IMG/VR virus record: IMGVR_UViG_3300028858_000003 | DNA: 37,899 bases | From: a virus | Strand: one strand, 5' to 3' | Shown here: positions 16,383 through 24,367 of the stretch, piece after piece | Numbering within the stretch: the first letter of the stretch is position 1 | How the letters are laid out: each line of letters starts with the position of its first letter | The notes under the pieces: generated by a model | Databases searched by the model: none | What the model saw: the letters and a program-made list of their open reading frames with translations, nothing else | What the model was told of the DNA's origin: nothing | Made by a program: the position numbers and the translations under genes

Positions 16383-16541
16383 ATGAAATCTAATTGTAAG
16401 GACTGTAAACACTTTACCGAGGAAGAAGAAAACTACGGCGAAGATTGTGATGGTTGCTCTAACAAAGAAGATGAAAGTTGTTATTGCCATATTAACCCAC
16501 CTTGCGGAGTTTGCGAAAATAATAAATTTGAAGCTAAATAA
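16383..16541 (+). CDS. Small Cys-rich (zinc-binding-like) protein, 52 aa
   Basis: CKDC...CDGC...CYCH...CGVC. Start context TTATG. Below the ORF-track cutoff. Confidence 0.4.
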   Translation: MKSNCKDCKHFTEEEENYGEDCDGCSNKEDESCYCHINPPCGVCENNKFEAK

Positions 16542-16544
16542 TCT

Positions 16545-16838
16545 ATGTTTAAAAAATTAGTTTGGTTAGCAATCAACGTGACGGTTATTTACTTTGTCTA
16601 TCACATCAGCTTTCTCCAAGGAGTTTTAAAAGAACGGGAGGGCAAAGTCTGTGTTGGCGAGTATGAACTGAGCACCTACGAAAAAACTTTGAATATCGCC
16701 TCACAGATTTGTATTGGCGTTCAGAGTTACAAGCAGAAAGAATTAGCTGACTGCCAAAAGGAGTCAGTAAAATATAAAAATAATTATTATTCACTTAAAA
16801 AACAACAGGTAGCAACGACTACCGTAACCCTTAACTAG
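16545..16838 (+). CDS. Membrane-anchored hypothetical protein
   Basis: N-terminal hydrophobic helix LVWLAINVTVIYFVYHISFL. Confidence 0.55.
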   Translation: MFKKLVWLAINVTVIYFVYHISFLQGVLKEREGKVCVGEYELSTYEKTLNIASQICIGVQSYKQKELADCQKESVKYKNNYYSLKKQQVATTTVTLN

Positions 16839-16839
16839 T

Positions 16840-17334
16840 ATGATAAATAAAATATCAGATGAAGATTTAGCCTTCTTGGTTAAATTGGGTAAGGAGATGA
16901 ACGCCTGTAACAATCGGGGCACTCAATTTCCAATGTTCGAAATTAGACAAAAAGTAAAAAGATGGGTAGAAGTCGGCGAGGACTGGGATGAGCGAGAACG
17001 TGTCGAGGACGCTCAACCTTATTGCCTCTGTCCTAAGTGTCGTGAGCTCTACGATAATGATGAAGATTTACCAGACGATTGTGATGACTGCGATGAAGAA
17101 GCATATAACCACTACAAGCTAGAGGATGAAATCGTTGATAGATGTGGTATGTTCTTTACCGACAAACAAGCTCAGGAGCATATTGACCTAAACGACTACC
17201 ACTACAACCAGCCGTTTACCTACGCTACGGGTAGTTGGAGGAACTATGATTTACAAAAGGTTTTAGAAATTTTGTCAAAGTTAGGGAGCGAAGATGACAA
17301 ACCACTCTCTCACTATCAAACCTATGTTAAATAA
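16840..17334 (+). CDS. Acidic Cys-containing hypothetical protein
   Basis: 164 aa with CLCPKC...DDCDDCDEE. Rich in D/E. Confidence 0.6.
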   Translation: MINKISDEDLAFLVKLGKEMNACNNRGTQFPMFEIRQKVKRWVEVGEDWDERERVEDAQPYCLCPKCRELYDNDEDLPDDCDDCDEEAYNHYKLEDEIVDRCGMFFTDKQAQEHIDLNDYHYNQPFTYATGSWRNYDLQKVLEILSKLGSEDDKPLSHYQTYVK

Positions 17335-17542
17335 GACTCAAAAAGACCTCGTGTTGAGCGAGCTAAGGGTCAATGGCTTCATTACTCGGAACTTCTGCTT
17401 AAGTCGCTACATCAGCCGTTTAGGGGCTATCATCTGTGACCTAAAGAAGGAGGGCTACGACATTGAGGCGAGCTGGGTAAAAACTGAGTACGGAAAAGAC
17501 TACGTTTATAAACTTAAGCCCAGACAGGGCGGACTATTCTAA
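17294..17542 (+). CDS. Winged-helix/HTH DNA-binding protein (HTH_39-like)
   Basis: GFITRNFCLSRYISRLGAIICDLKKEGYDIE fits the phage HTH pattern. An alternative start at 17324 has context cTATG. The 17294 start has a rare GGGAG 5 nt upstream. Confidence 0.6.
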   Translation: MTNHSLTIKPMLNKTQKDLVLSELRVNGFITRNFCLSRYISRLGAIICDLKKEGYDIEASWVKTEYGKDYVYKLKPRQGGLF

Positions 17543-17547
17543 CCAAT

Positions 17548-17787
17548 ATGTCAGACCAACAACTAATCGAATTATTTAAGAGCGGAAACTTTACCATCGT
17601 ATATTGGGACAATACTGTTCCCAGTATCTACAAAGGTAAATGGGACATCAACCAAGAGTCTGAAAAGGATGATTACGAGGAGATGAATAAGCACGAGGTT
17701 GATTTCAATGATTGGGGCGATGGTTATTGTCCTAAAATTGTCGAGCTTCTAGCCGAGGCGTTAGGTGGTAAGAGCGATAGTATTTAA
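17548..17787 (+). CDS. Hypothetical acidic protein
   Basis: 79-aa ORF in the packed early array. Confidence 0.55.
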   Translation: MSDQQLIELFKSGNFTIVYWDNTVPSIYKGKWDINQESEKDDYEEMNKHEVDFNDWGDGYCPKIVELLAEALGGKSDSI

Positions 17788-17803
17788 AATTAATTATTAA
17801 AAT

Positions 17804-18118
17804 ATGAGCTTAGATATTTATTTAAAAGCTAGGGTCATCACCACCGTGTATGACTCTAACGTCACCCACAACCTCACTGAGATGTGGGACAGGGCGGAAA
17901 TTTATAATGACTTGTATAATTCCGAAGGAAAGAAAGCGAAGGAGGTAGTTAATAATTTAAAAAAAGGCTTCGAGAAGATGAGATTAGAGCCAGATGTTTA
18001 TATCGCTTTAGAGCCGAGCAATGGCTGGGGCGACTACACTGTGGCGATGAACTTCTTAGGAGAACTAATTAGGCAGTGTGAACTTTACCCCAATAGTATC
18101 GTTCATATCAGCAAATAA
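17804..18118 (+). CDS. Hypothetical protein
   Basis: 104-aa ORF. Confidence 0.55.
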   Translation: MSLDIYLKARVITTVYDSNVTHNLTEMWDRAEIYNDLYNSEGKKAKEVVNNLKKGFEKMRLEPDVYIALEPSNGWGDYTVAMNFLGELIRQCELYPNSIVHISK

Positions 18119-18122
18119 TATT

Positions 18123-18359
18123 ATGCTTATTCACTGGGTCACAATCGAAAGAAAAACAAATTACTTCGAGAACGTCTGCTCGTGCTGTAAGCAAAAGATT
18201 ACCGATAAGACACTTAAGATTATTACAATTGCTTATGTCGGTTGGGGTCGTGGCGATGATGACGTTTATTATTTACATCACGATTGCTGTAAGCAAAATA
18301 ACGGCGAGAAGTTACTTGACTACGCCCTGCGTATTAAAAACTTAGACACCGAACTTTAA
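18123..18359 (+). CDS. Cys/His-rich hypothetical protein
   Basis: ATG at 18123; the track start at 18078 is GTG and overlaps the upstream gene. Motifs CSCC...HHDCC. Confidence 0.5.
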   Translation: MLIHWVTIERKTNYFENVCSCCKQKITDKTLKIITIAYVGWGRGDDDVYYLHHDCCKQNNGEKLLDYALRIKNLDTEL

Positions 18360-18384
18360 TTATAAAAATCTATATTTAAACTTT

Positions 18385-18801
18385 ATGGAAAAAGAAAACG
18401 AACAATTTGTCGCAGGTAGAGATAACGAAAGTTTTAATTCTCCTGTGCTTGGCTCAGTCAAAGAGTGTATCGACTTTATGATACTTGAGGCTGACTCAGA
18501 TGTCGGCGATAGTATCTACATCGGAAACCCAGTCAAGATTTCGCTTGGTCAACTAATTGATGTTGATATTTTGATGGAGCAGATGAACGAAAAGGCGTGC
18601 GATGAGGTTGGTGAATATGCCGAAGATTACTTAGATGATGTCGGAAGTGAGTTTAGAGATGAGTTATTAAATTTAATCGCTAACTGGTTTGAAGAAAAAG
18701 GTTTAGCACCAACATTTTACTCAGTAGATAACGTTCAACACTATGAGGTTGTCGCTGGTGGAACTGCCGTGCTCGTTCCTAAAGGTCAAGCTTGTTTATA
18801 A
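18385..18801 (+). CDS. Strongly acidic hypothetical protein
   Basis: 138 aa, very D/E-rich (EADSDVGD, DEVGEYAEDYLDDVGSEFRDE). Confidence 0.6.
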   Translation: MEKENEQFVAGRDNESFNSPVLGSVKECIDFMILEADSDVGDSIYIGNPVKISLGQLIDVDILMEQMNEKACDEVGEYAEDYLDDVGSEFRDELLNLIANWFEEKGLAPTFYSVDNVQHYEVVAGGTAVLVPKGQACL

Positions 18802-18805
18802 CTAT

Positions 18806-19153
18806 ATGTTAATAGAAACTCTAATAGAATTTTTTAAGTTCAGAGATAAATACGGTCAAAGTTTTAGAGGTTTATTAAACGCCGTAGCCAAAAAACACAC
18901 CGAACCATACTTTGAAGATTATGATAAAGATTTTGAATATAGAAGAATTGTTAATTTTATAGTTGATTTTAATCGAAAAATAATCAATCAAACGATAGAG
19001 GAAATGATTAAATCTGAAATTAAATACTGGAAAAAAGTGTTTGATGATAGACCAAAAGGCAGAGATTTAGAGAGTGATAATATCGCACAAAATTTTGCCA
19101 GAATTGAAATAGACAGATTAGAGAAATTGCTAATTGATTTAAGACAAAACTGA
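18806..19153 (+). CDS. Hypothetical protein
   Basis: ATG at 18806 follows the upstream stop (TAACTATATG). The alternative ATG at 18743 would overlap by 59 nt. Confidence 0.5.
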   Translation: MLIETLIEFFKFRDKYGQSFRGLLNAVAKKHTEPYFEDYDKDFEYRRIVNFIVDFNRKIINQTIEEMIKSEIKYWKKVFDDRPKGRDLESDNIAQNFARIEIDRLEKLLIDLRQN

Positions 19154-19154
19154 T

Positions 19155-19322
19155 ATGGCAAATATTAAATGCCCTAAATGCGGTGGAGTTTGCGACTATG
19201 TAAACTGTCACCCAGATGGAATAGCGTACAGTAATTTGGCGTGTACCGTCTGTGATTGGTTCGAGCCACCGACAGAGAATAGGGAAGCGACCGATGATGA
19301 ATTAAAAAACTTACCATTTTAG
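19155..19322 (+). CDS. Small zinc-ribbon protein, 55 aa
   Basis: CPKC...CH and CTVC pairs. Below the ORF-track cutoff. Confidence 0.4.
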   Translation: MANIKCPKCGGVCDYVNCHPDGIAYSNLACTVCDWFEPPTENREATDDELKNLPF

Positions 19323-19323
19323 T

Positions 19324-19533
19324 ATGAAAAAATTTAGACTAAAAAGTTATTACGAGGCGACCACAAAAAATAAACCGAAGTGTAATTGTGGAGTTGGTCG
19401 TTGGTGCTCTGAGTGCTTTCTCGATAAGATAAATGTTGGTAAAATATACTGTGGTAAATCTGGCGATGGTAGTGATATGAGGTTGATGAATAAACCTAAT
19501 TACTTAGTAATTAAATCACCTAACACTTTTTAA
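19324..19533 (+). CDS. Small Cys-rich protein
   Basis: 69 aa with CNCG...CSEC...C. Confidence 0.5.
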   Translation: MKKFRLKSYYEATTKNKPKCNCGVGRWCSECFLDKINVGKIYCGKSGDGSDMRLMNKPNYLVIKSPNTF

Positions 19534-19537
19534 ATTT

Positions 19538-19714
19538 ATGGCAGACTCAGAAGAAGCAAAAACTAGAGCAAAGATTTTTTCTCTAGAGGGTCGTAAACGT
19601 TATCTAGTTCGTAATTTACCAGACTATGAGCAAAGAATAAAAGACAAAAGATATAACGATTGTGTTGCCGAATTAGATTTTTTAACAAGATTTTTAATTC
19701 TCCTGTTGACATAG
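19538..19714 (+). CDS. Small hypothetical protein, 58 aa
   Basis: ATG with TTTATG context. Its 3' end overlaps the -35 box at 19706. Confidence 0.35.
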   Translation: MADSEEAKTRAKIFSLEGRKRYLVRNLPDYEQRIKDKRYNDCVAELDFLTRFLILLLT

Positions 19715-19734
19715 TTTCTTTTATATAATATAAT
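19706..19734 (+). promoter_or_regulatory. Early promoter, family member 2
   Basis: TTGACATAGTTTCTTTTATATAATATAAT, with a 17-nt spacer. Confidence 0.7.
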
Positions 19735-19754
19735 TTCAATACCTAACTAAAGGT

Positions 19755-19854
19755 GAGCGTCTAACAAAAACTAGAACTTTAAAACACATTTAGAAAGTTC
19801 AATGTTTGGGGGGAAACCTCTTAATGTTGGACGCTCCGAGTGTGTTTTTTGTTT
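19755..19854 (+). promoter_or_regulatory. Structured leader with competing helices and a T-rich tail
   Basis: GAGCGTCTAAC (19755) pairs with GTTGGACGCTC (19826). AAAACACA (19781) pairs with TGTGTTTT (19841), followed by TTTTGTTT. Confidence 0.4.
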
Positions 19855-19870
19855 ATTAAATTTTAAAATT

Positions 19871-20626
19871 ATGAGTCAAAAGCGTATGTTCGATAGAGCG
19901 ATTATTGATACTGACAGATTTATGGACTTACCAGTATCAGCTAAAGCTCTCTATTTTTTACTTGGGATGGAGGCTGATGATGAAGGTTTTGTTTCCTACA
20001 AAAAGGTTCTCAGAATACACGGCGGTAGCGAAGATGACGCAAAGATACTGGTAGCCAAAAACTTCTTAATTAGTTTCCCATCTGGTGTAGTTGTAATCAC
20101 TGATTGGAATACGAATAATTGGCTTGATAATCGCAGAATTAAGAGCACTGAATATCAGGCTGAGAAGAAATTAATAGTCTTGACTGATAATAAAAAATAT
20201 GAGCTTAGCACTCGCTCAGCCAGTATAGAGGAGTATAGAGTAGAGGAGAGTAGTATAGAGGAGAGTAATGCTAACCAGCAGATTTTAGAATTTAAAGATG
20301 ATGTTACCGTTAACAGGGAACAGGAAGCTGACGCTTCCCCCTCACAAATCGCTAAAGATTTCTTCAATAACCCAGAGTCAGAATATATTTTAAAAGTAAT
20401 TACTTGGCTTACTGAAAAAGGTTACAATGAGTCAATCGTTAAAAAGGAACTTTCAAAGTTCATCTCTTACTGGACGGAGAAAAATAAGAGCGGTAAAAAG
20501 CAACGCTGGGAACTTCAAGAAACGTTTGAGGTTAACCGCCGACTCGTTACTTGGTTTGGAAAGTTTAATAGTAATAATTTATTCTCTAATCAAGGACGAC
20601 AAGCCGTTGATTTAGACAATATTTAA
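19871..20626 (+). CDS. Replisome organizer (Phage_rep_org_N-like)
   Basis: MSQKRMFDRAIIDTDRFMDLPVSAKALYFLLGMEADDEGFV fits the N-terminal pattern of replisome organizers. The ATG at 19871 is preferred over the in-frame 19802. Confidence 0.65.
   Translation: MSQKRMFDRAIIDTDRFMDLPVSAKALYFLLGMEADDEGFVSYKKVLRIHGGSEDDAKILVAKNFLISFPSGVVVITDWNTNNWLDNRRIKSTEYQAEKKLIVLTDNKKYELSTRSASIEEYRVEESSIEESNANQQILEFKDDVTVNREQEADASPSQIAKDFFNNPESEYILKVITWLTEKGYNESIVKKELSKFISYWTEKNKSGKKQRWELQETFEVNRRLVTWFGKFNSNNLFSNQGRQAVDLDNI
20222..20265 (+). repeat. Iteron-like direct repeats inside the replisome organizer gene; candidate origin
   Basis: AGTATAGAGGAG / TATAGAG / TAGAGGAGAG / TAGTATAGAGGAGAG are packed into 44 nt. 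Confidence 0.5.
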
Positions 20627-20630
20627 TTTT

Positions 20631-20951
20631 ATGATGAGAGGCGATAAAATAAAAATGGAGGGAGAAAAACAGCGGTACAAAGTTCAGGCGTTTAGTAAGA
20701 GATTTATAATTTTAACTAAGCCGTTCAACGCTCGAAAGACTTACCTGTACTCCATCGTTGATTTAGAGCGTAAGGTCAGGGGCAGAGATAATCTAGTGTT
20801 TGGTTTTATTCACGGCTATAACAATAAGGCAGGGGCTTCTAAGGCTATCAAATGGCTTGAGGCGAAGGAAACAGAGCAAGCCTCGATGGAAGTGTCCTAT
20901 CGCCATTTTAAACCGCTAGAGGAGAGCGAGATTGAACAATTAACTAAATGA
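20631..20951 (+). CDS. Hypothetical protein
   Basis: 106-aa ORF directly after the replisome organizer. No P-loop is visible. Confidence 0.55.
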   Translation: MMRGDKIKMEGEKQRYKVQAFSKRFIILTKPFNARKTYLYSIVDLERKVRGRDNLVFGFIHGYNNKAGASKAIKWLEAKETEQASMEVSYRHFKPLEESEIEQLTK

Positions 20952-20952
20952 T

Positions 20953-21144
20953 ATGAAAAAAATTAAACCACAGGTTAATATAAAAGTTTGTTACTCGTTC
21001 ACCTGCCCAATGTGTAAGCAAAAAAATAAGTTTTGGAATATATACGCTGAAATTTTAAAGTGTATAAATTGTGGCGAGAGGTATCTTAACGACAAAGATT
21101 ACTCACCAATGTGCCACCCTAATAAATTTGAAGTTGGTAATTAA
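20953..21144 (+). CDS. Small zinc-ribbon protein
   Basis: CPMC...CINC pairs. Confidence 0.5.
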   Translation: MKKIKPQVNIKVCYSFTCPMCKQKNKFWNIYAEILKCINCGERYLNDKDYSPMCHPNKFEVGN

Positions 21145-21150
21145 AACTTT

Positions 21151-21675
21151 ATGACAAAAAAAGCTGATTACAAAATAAGCGAGGGCGATGTTTATTTGTT
21201 TAGGTATTCTCCTAAAAAAGAGCACGGGTGGGACGGTCGTTATCACTGCTTCGAAGGTTATCTAGTAGCTATCAAGGAGGATGATGAGATTGTTTTTTAT
21301 GATACCTATTGGGGAATTAATGACAAGAGTGGTAGAAGATTTAAAATTACAGAGATTGAACTGGAAGTTTCTAAAGGTGGAGCGTTTGATTACTTTTTTA
21401 ATTTTAAAGATGTCACCCTAATTGAGAGTTGGGAAGCCAAGCACTATGATGATAAAGATATTTTTAGAGTTTCAAGACAAAAAGCTTGCTCTGATGGATG
21501 TATTTATTACTATAAGAAAAACGGCTCTGAGCGTTCCCAAGAAACTATGTTACAATGTGTGCGTGAAAAGATTAAGGAGGAGGAGAGAAATATCGACCAC
21601 GCAATTAGCAATATTAAATCGCTAACCATTAAAAAGCACGAGATTGAAAATGGCAATCTTAAAGTTAGTTTATAA
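21151..21675 (+). CDS. Hypothetical protein
   Basis: 174-aa ORF. Confidence 0.6.
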   Translation: MTKKADYKISEGDVYLFRYSPKKEHGWDGRYHCFEGYLVAIKEDDEIVFYDTYWGINDKSGRRFKITEIELEVSKGGAFDYFFNFKDVTLIESWEAKHYDDKDIFRVSRQKACSDGCIYYYKKNGSERSQETMLQCVREKIKEEERNIDHAISNIKSLTIKKHEIENGNLKVSL

Positions 21676-21689
21676 TTAAAACAAAACTT

Positions 21690-22148
21690 ATGACAAACCA
21701 AGTAACGCCGTACACTAAGAAGTTTATGCTTCTTACGTATTCAAAACTAAAGTATATTATCACTGAGCAACAAGAGAAAGCCCTCAGGAACACTCCTGAT
21801 AAAAGCGATGTGATTATCAACGGAAATAAAATTAACTCGTCTAACATTTCCGACATCATTGAACTGGGTGAGTATTACCGACAGCGACCAGAAGAAAAAC
21901 CAGCAGTTGAGCTCCCGACTTTTAAATCAGAAGCACCGATACCGTTTTCACTGGCTAAGAACCGCCGAGCTCTCCAATCTATGATTAAGGGCTTGAGCGA
22001 TTGCGTTGAGCGTCAGGGTTACCCGATTAGTCTTAAACAGCAGGTAATTATGGACGGTTTTGTTACCAGATTGAAGGCTCTAGACGGTTTAACCGAAGCG
22101 ACCTATCAGGCTAAACCATTTAATACAGGAAATTTTTTAGACAATTAA
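21690..22148 (+). CDS. Hypothetical protein
   Basis: 152-aa ORF, the last gene before a terminator. Confidence 0.6.
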   Translation: MTNQVTPYTKKFMLLTYSKLKYIITEQQEKALRNTPDKSDVIINGNKINSSNISDIIELGEYYRQRPEEKPAVELPTFKSEAPIPFSLAKNRRALQSMIKGLSDCVERQGYPISLKQQVIMDGFVTRLKALDGLTEATYQAKPFNTGNFLDN

Positions 22149-22164
22149 ATTGTGTATAACTAAT

Positions 22165-22195
22165 AAAACCCAATTAAAACAGGGTTTTATTTTCG
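22165..22195 (+). terminator. Rho-independent terminator
   Basis: Stem AAAACCC/GGGTTTT with a 10-nt loop, followed by ATTTTCG. Confidence 0.6.
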
Positions 22196-22206
22196 TGTTA
22201 TAAGTA

Positions 22207-22235
22207 TTGACAAAGTTTCTTTGATAATATATAAT
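22207..22235 (+). promoter_or_regulatory. Early promoter, family member 3
   Basis: TTGACAAAGTTTCTTTGATAATATATAAT. Confidence 0.75.
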
Positions 22236-22265
22236 AATCATATAATTATTTAACCTATAACAAAT

Positions 22266-22433
22266 ATGAGTTTACTACCAAAAGATTTAGAAAGTATGCT
22301 CGGCTCAAAGGAAGAATTTGAACGAGCTAATAATCAAGACGATGACGGCGATGATATAATGGAAGAAAACAATCGCCTAGACCTAGCTGAGAGTCAAGCA
22401 GTCGATTGTAGAGAGGAGGGAAGTAATGAGTAG
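22266..22433 (+). CDS. Small very acidic protein, 55 aa
   Basis: First ORF after the 22207 promoter, containing ANNQDDDGDDIMEENN. Confidence 0.4.
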   Translation: MSLLPKDLESMLGSKEEFERANNQDDDGDDIMEENNRLDLAESQAVDCREEGSNE

Positions 22434-22506
22434 ATATTGTCCCTTAGATAAAGAAGTCATCGAGGATGACGAGTGCGTTGACTGTGAAATGTGCCCTGAT
22501 AATTAA
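22426..22506 (+). CDS. Possible micro-protein, 26 aa, with CxxC
   Basis: One of the very few ATGs preceded by GGAGG (GAGGAGGGAAGTAATG). It is very short. Confidence 0.2.
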   Translation: MSRYCPLDKEVIEDDECVDCEMCPDN

Positions 22507-22523
22507 ATTAATTTTTAAAATTT

Positions 22524-22658
22524 ATGACAAGCAGATTGTTAACCCATCGTGAGCTATTATTAAAAACTAGACAGGAAAAAAAATACAATAAAATCTGGCT
22601 AGTGATTGGTTTAGTGATGTTAATCGCTAACGTAATCTTATTTTACAACGCCGTTTAA
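22524..22658 (+). CDS. Small membrane protein, 44 aa
   Basis: Hydrophobic helix IWLVIGLVMLIANVILFY. Start context TTTATG. Confidence 0.3.
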   Translation: MTSRLLTHRELLLKTRQEKKYNKIWLVIGLVMLIANVILFYNAV

Positions 22659-22673
22659 GGCGTTATCAAACTT

Positions 22674-22886
22674 ATGAAAATTATTAAGACTTATAGAAAA
22701 GATATCTTCGGCAGAAACTTAAGAGCGGTTACTGAAAAAAAGTTATTCTCTGATGGCTACGCCGTTGACAGCGAGGAAGAAATCAAAGAGTGGAACGCAG
22801 GTCAGGCTTGTTTAATACTGATTTTGTTTTTTCCGCTTATCTTCTGTGCTCGAATTAAAAAAATAAAAGTAACTTATTACAAATAA
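22674..22886 (+). CDS. Small membrane protein
   Basis: 70 aa with a C-terminal helix ACLILILFFPLIFCA. Confidence 0.5.
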   Translation: MKIIKTYRKDIFGRNLRAVTEKKLFSDGYAVDSEEEIKEWNAGQACLILILFFPLIFCARIKKIKVTYYK

Positions 22887-22887
22887 T

Positions 22888-23754
22888 ATGATGAATAAAG
22901 AAAAAATCTTACAGCTATTACCAGCGATTGAGTTATCTAATCAGGATGAGAAAGCCAGACGGGAGCAGTTTGCGAGTTATATTATTAGACTTTTACTGGC
23001 TAAGGACAGAGCAGGAAAAATCGTCAACACTTTTATTCAGAATAAAACTGAGCAAGAGATGGTTAACTTGTATCTTAGAGTCGCTAAAGACGGCTTGTCT
23101 TTTGATGGTAAACACGTGACGCTTCAATCAACTGGTGTGACCTACGACTACGTATCTTATAAAAATAAGATGTTTATCGCCTACCCAGAAAGTAAGATTG
23201 ATATGGAGTTAGTTTTTAAAGGTGATACTTTTAACTTCGCTAAGGAGAGTGGAAGCGTTATCTATCACCACACTATTGCTGACCCGTTTAATCATAAAGC
23301 CGATGATGTTATGGGGGCGTACTGCGTCATTATCAATAAGCGTGGTGAGTTTATGACTACTCTAAGTAAAGAGGAGCTAGAGAAGCACCGAGCGATTGCC
23401 AAGACCAAGAACGTTTGGAACGATTGGTTTGTAGAAATGTGCCTCAAGACGGTTATTAAAAAGGCTTGTAAAAAACACTTCGATGATATCTATGAAAACA
23501 TAGAGAGCCTTGACAATGATAACTACAATCTTGATAACCCCCTCGACCTAGAAGCTAAGTATAAAGACGAGATTGATAACATTACGGGTATTAAAGAGCT
23601 GATGGAATACTACTTAAATAACCAAGGTCGTGGGGCTAGTTTCGATAAGTACATCTCAATGAAGAAGGATGAACTAAGCAAGCAGTTAAAACAAAGCGGT
23701 GATGTCGTGACCGATGATAAAGGAGATATCGTTTATATAAATAAGCCACAATAA
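22888..23754 (+). CDS. RecT-like single-strand annealing protein
   Basis: VFKGDTFNF...VMGAYCVIINKRGE...WNDWFVEMCLKTVIKKACKK fits the RecT pattern. It is adjacent to a YqaJ-type exonuclease. Confidence 0.65.
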   Translation: MMNKEKILQLLPAIELSNQDEKARREQFASYIIRLLLAKDRAGKIVNTFIQNKTEQEMVNLYLRVAKDGLSFDGKHVTLQSTGVTYDYVSYKNKMFIAYPESKIDMELVFKGDTFNFAKESGSVIYHHTIADPFNHKADDVMGAYCVIINKRGEFMTTLSKEELEKHRAIAKTKNVWNDWFVEMCLKTVIKKACKKHFDDIYENIESLDNDNYNLDNPLDLEAKYKDEIDNITGIKELMEYYLNNQGRGASFDKYISMKKDELSKQLKQSGDVVTDDKGDIVYINKPQ

Positions 23755-23758
23755 TTTT

Positions 23759-24367
23759 ATGATTATTCACCGAGATATTATTCAAGGTTCGCCTGAGTGG
23801 TTTGCTAAGCGGAAAGGGAAAGCGACAGCTTCACACGCTACCGCCATTGCTACTGCCAGTAAGGGTCTTGATACTTACGTTTTAGAAATCGTGTCTGAGT
23901 TCTTTTCAAGCGGTGAGAAAGAAGGGTTTGAGAACGAACATACCAAACGGGGTAAAGAGCTGGAAGCTCAGGCACGGTCAATCTATGAGCTGATGAAGGA
24001 CGTAGAAGTCGAGCAGGTTGGTTTTATCGAACATAACGAATACATCGGTTGTAGCCCAGACGGTTTAGTATCTGAGGTCGGCGGTGTCGAAATAAAATGT
24101 TATGACGATAAATGCTATCTATATTTAATTACCGAGGGAGAGAAGGCAATCAGTAGCGACTATATGTGGCAGATACAGATGAACCTTCTAATTACTGGTC
24201 GTGAGTGGTGGGACTTCGTAGCCTATAACCCTAACTTTAGTAAACCGATATTTATTCACCGAATTTACCCCAACGAAGAAAAGTTTAAGGCGTTAAAAAT
24301 TGGCTTCATAGTTGCCGAAGAAAAAATCAAGCAGTTAATTAATAAATATAATTTGGTAAACTTATGA
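23759..24367 (+). CDS. YqaJ/lambda-Exo-like PD-(D/E)XK exonuclease
   Basis: GSPEWFAKRKGKATASHA at the N-terminus, and CSPDGL...GGVEIKC matching D..E.K. Confidence 0.8.
   Translation: MIIHRDIIQGSPEWFAKRKGKATASHATAIATASKGLDTYVLEIVSEFFSSGEKEGFENEHTKRGKELEAQARSIYELMKDVEVEQVGFIEHNEYIGCSPDGLVSEVGGVEIKCYDDKCYLYLITEGEKAISSDYMWQIQMNLLITGREWWDFVAYNPNFSKPIFIHRIYPNEEKFKALKIGFIVAEEKIKQLINKYNLVNL

Noticed and set aside
19802-19870. Upstream in-frame ATG at 19802 as the start of the replisome organizer
   Set aside because: It would add 23 residues encoded by the structured, T-rich leader. The ATG at 19871 has the genome-typical context and begins right at the conserved N-terminal motif. It is kept as an alternative in the leader finding.
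915-24367. Alternative genetic code (TGA or TAG reassignment)
   Set aside because: TGA serves as the stop in ATGA or GTGA coupling overlaps at 916..918, 1653..1655, 11460..11462 and 24365..24367. All large conserved proteins are full length under the standard code.
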